A stretch of DNA of 63,531 nt, the filler included, from Octopus bimaculoides (taxonomy: Eukaryota): the NCBI RefSeq assembly GCF_001194135.2. It is 6 parts of 5 records of this genome, joined end to end, with 100 filler letters (N's around TTAATTAATTAA, not from the genome) between each part and the next. Parts side by side here need not be neighbours in the genome. Positions count along the whole stretch, not along the records: positions 41,136 to 62,413 come from NC_068983.1; positions 62,514 to 63,531 come from NW_026410240.1; 4 more parts are not named here. One strand, written 5' to 3'. Positions 62,187 to 63,531 of the stretch are shown piece by piece; the stretch's first letter is position 1; the number at the start of each line of letters is the position of its first letter. A program made the position numbers and the translations under genes. The notes below the pieces were generated by a model. It was not told the DNA's origin. It ran no database searches and saw only the letters and a list, made by a program, of their open reading frames with translations.

Positions 62187-62412
62187 CTTCTCACGGACGT
62201 GCTGTCACATCGGCTGCGAAGGTAAACGTTTATTTGACCATTTACTGTCCACATTTTGTTGGAATTTTAAAATAATTTTGTTGCGAAGCACCTAGGCTTC
62301 ATTTGTGTGTATTTTCAAGGGCAGGAATTGGCCCCCAGGGGCAGTTTCGGCCCTAGCAAAATACAAAAATTTCCTTCTTGACATTTGAAAAATGTCGAGA
62401 AACATAATTTTG
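60978..62412 (-). mobile_element. Tc1-like (DD34E) transposon fossil, interrupted by a family-C SINE and a (TCTA)n tract
   Basis: [18 protein letters not shown]...[10 protein letters not shown]...VIFSDESRF...[14 protein letters not shown]...FMEDGAPRHTAK...QSPDMYPIENLWGILD...KPKS|SINE|KDESFRLLREKWAEIPQETITKLISSTPKRV...AKGMSTKY*; putative TIR after TA at 60976-60977. Confidence 0.93.
61231..61460 (-). mobile_element. Full-length SINE family C (CORE-like, tail variant iii), 18-bp TSD
   Basis: TSD CTTTAGATTT(G/A)GGTTTCT at 61213-61230 and 61461-61478; the Tc1 reading frame rejoins across it. The central GCCTTTCATCCTTTCAGGGTCGATAAATTAAGTACCAG resembles CORE-SINE domains (octopus OR2 is a reported CORE-SINE; identity not verified). 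Confidence 0.95.
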
Positions 62413-62794
62413 GNNNNNNNNNNNNNNNNNNNNNNNNNNNNNNNNNNNNNNNNNNNNTTAATTAATTAANNNNNNNNNNNNNNNNNNNNNNNNNNNNNNN
62501 NNNNNNNNNNNNNTGAAGGAAGGAGACAAGTACAACAGGTAGAGTCTTGCACTCGTATATATAGAATCATTCGTAAACATGTATATATTCACGCACATAC
62601 ACATTAGATATATACTACACGCGTATAAGTTACACAATTATAAAGGGTGAAAGAAAGATATATATGTGTATATACGTTTATATATCAGCAGGTGCAGATG
62701 TGTTCGACAGACAGGATGGTGTATTTGTGTATATACATATATAACTCATTTGTATATCGAGTTTTACGGCGAATGTAAATGCTTAACGGTTTAT

Positions 62795-63075
62795 GTTTTT
62801 TGCGTATGTGTTTTTATTTTTATATACATCTATCTGCGTATGTATGTGCATGTGTGTATAGACTACGTTTTGTATATCCACGTATGTATGTGTATGTGCG
62901 TATAGTGATGTGTATATGAACATAATGGTACGTGCGTTTTTGCGTATGTGTTGTTATTTGTATATACGTCTATCCGCAGAAGTATATGCAAGTGCGTTTA
63001 AACTACGTTTTGTATATCCACGTATGTATGTGTGTGTGCATGTAGATATGTGTATATGAGCGTAGTGATGCGTAC
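62795..63075. repeat. Degenerate 140-bp tandem duplication in TG-rich DNA
   Basis: ACTACGTTTTGTATATCCACGTATGTATGTG at 62862 and 63002; TTTTGCGTATGTG at ~62798 and ~62938. Confidence 0.8.
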
Positions 63076-63239
63076 ATGGTATATATGCGTGTGTATGTGC
63101 GTGTATGCGTAGACATATATATGTGTATATGTGTATTTGTATGTATATGTACGCGCGTGTGTGAGTATGTATATAGACATATATACATACATTTGTGTGT
63201 GCGTACGTGTATGTATGTCTGTATATGTGTCCATATGCG

Positions 63240-63531
63240 GATTCTATGAATGAATTTTTACTTTCCTCATGTCTATTGGAGTAATTTCTCTTTATTCAAC
63301 GTTTTTGTTTATAGCGTTTTTGTTTGTCTTAAAACCTGATGAGATGACGGAGCAGACTTCGGCCCCGGCATCCGAAACTCTGATTTTTATTATGACAACT
63401 AACTAATTGTCTCATGTTATATTTATAGACAAATTCCTTTATTTTACATAATATTGAGGTCCTATTCATTCTTTTGTTGTTATATCATTATTATTATTAT
63501 TATTTTATGTTTGACTTTTGTTTTGCATTTG
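63240..63531 (+). mobile_element. Possible Penelope-like pLTR remnant with partial hammerhead core
   Basis: CTGATGA-GATG...CATC-CGAAAC at 63336-63378; no convincing helix III/NUH. Confidence 0.35.

Overview
AT-rich, repeat-dense eukaryotic genomic DNA with about 7 kb (11-12%) of N gaps, most of them beside collapsed microsatellites. The repeat repertoire points to an octopus genome (inference; not checked against a database). No intact protein-coding gene, RNA gene or CRISPR array is supportable, and nearly all ORFs in the track are microsatellite or N artefacts. The window contains: (1) about 35 tRNA-derived SINE copies or fragments from several modular families (my labels A, B, C, D), four with clear 12-18 bp TSDs; (2) decayed non-LTR retrotransposons: two RLE-type (R4/Dong-like), two RTE, one probable Tx1/L1-like 3' end, and Penelope GIY-YIG/pLTR remnants with decayed minimal hammerhead-ribozyme motifs; (3) three Tc1/mariner fossils (DD34E, DD34D, rosa-like); (4) MITEs and foldbacks, including a Mutator-like element with a 9-bp TSD and a hAT/Charlie-like element; (5) many simple repeats and five artificial TTAATTAATTAA gap spacers. 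Best leads: two family-B SINEs interrupted at the same nucleotide just after box A by related LINE-tail sequence (a possible SINE-targeting retrotransposon); combinatorial head/tail shuffling among SINEs; and an R4-like element with its whole RT domain deleted. A few weak + strand exon candidates suggest the window may lie in large introns of a gene.
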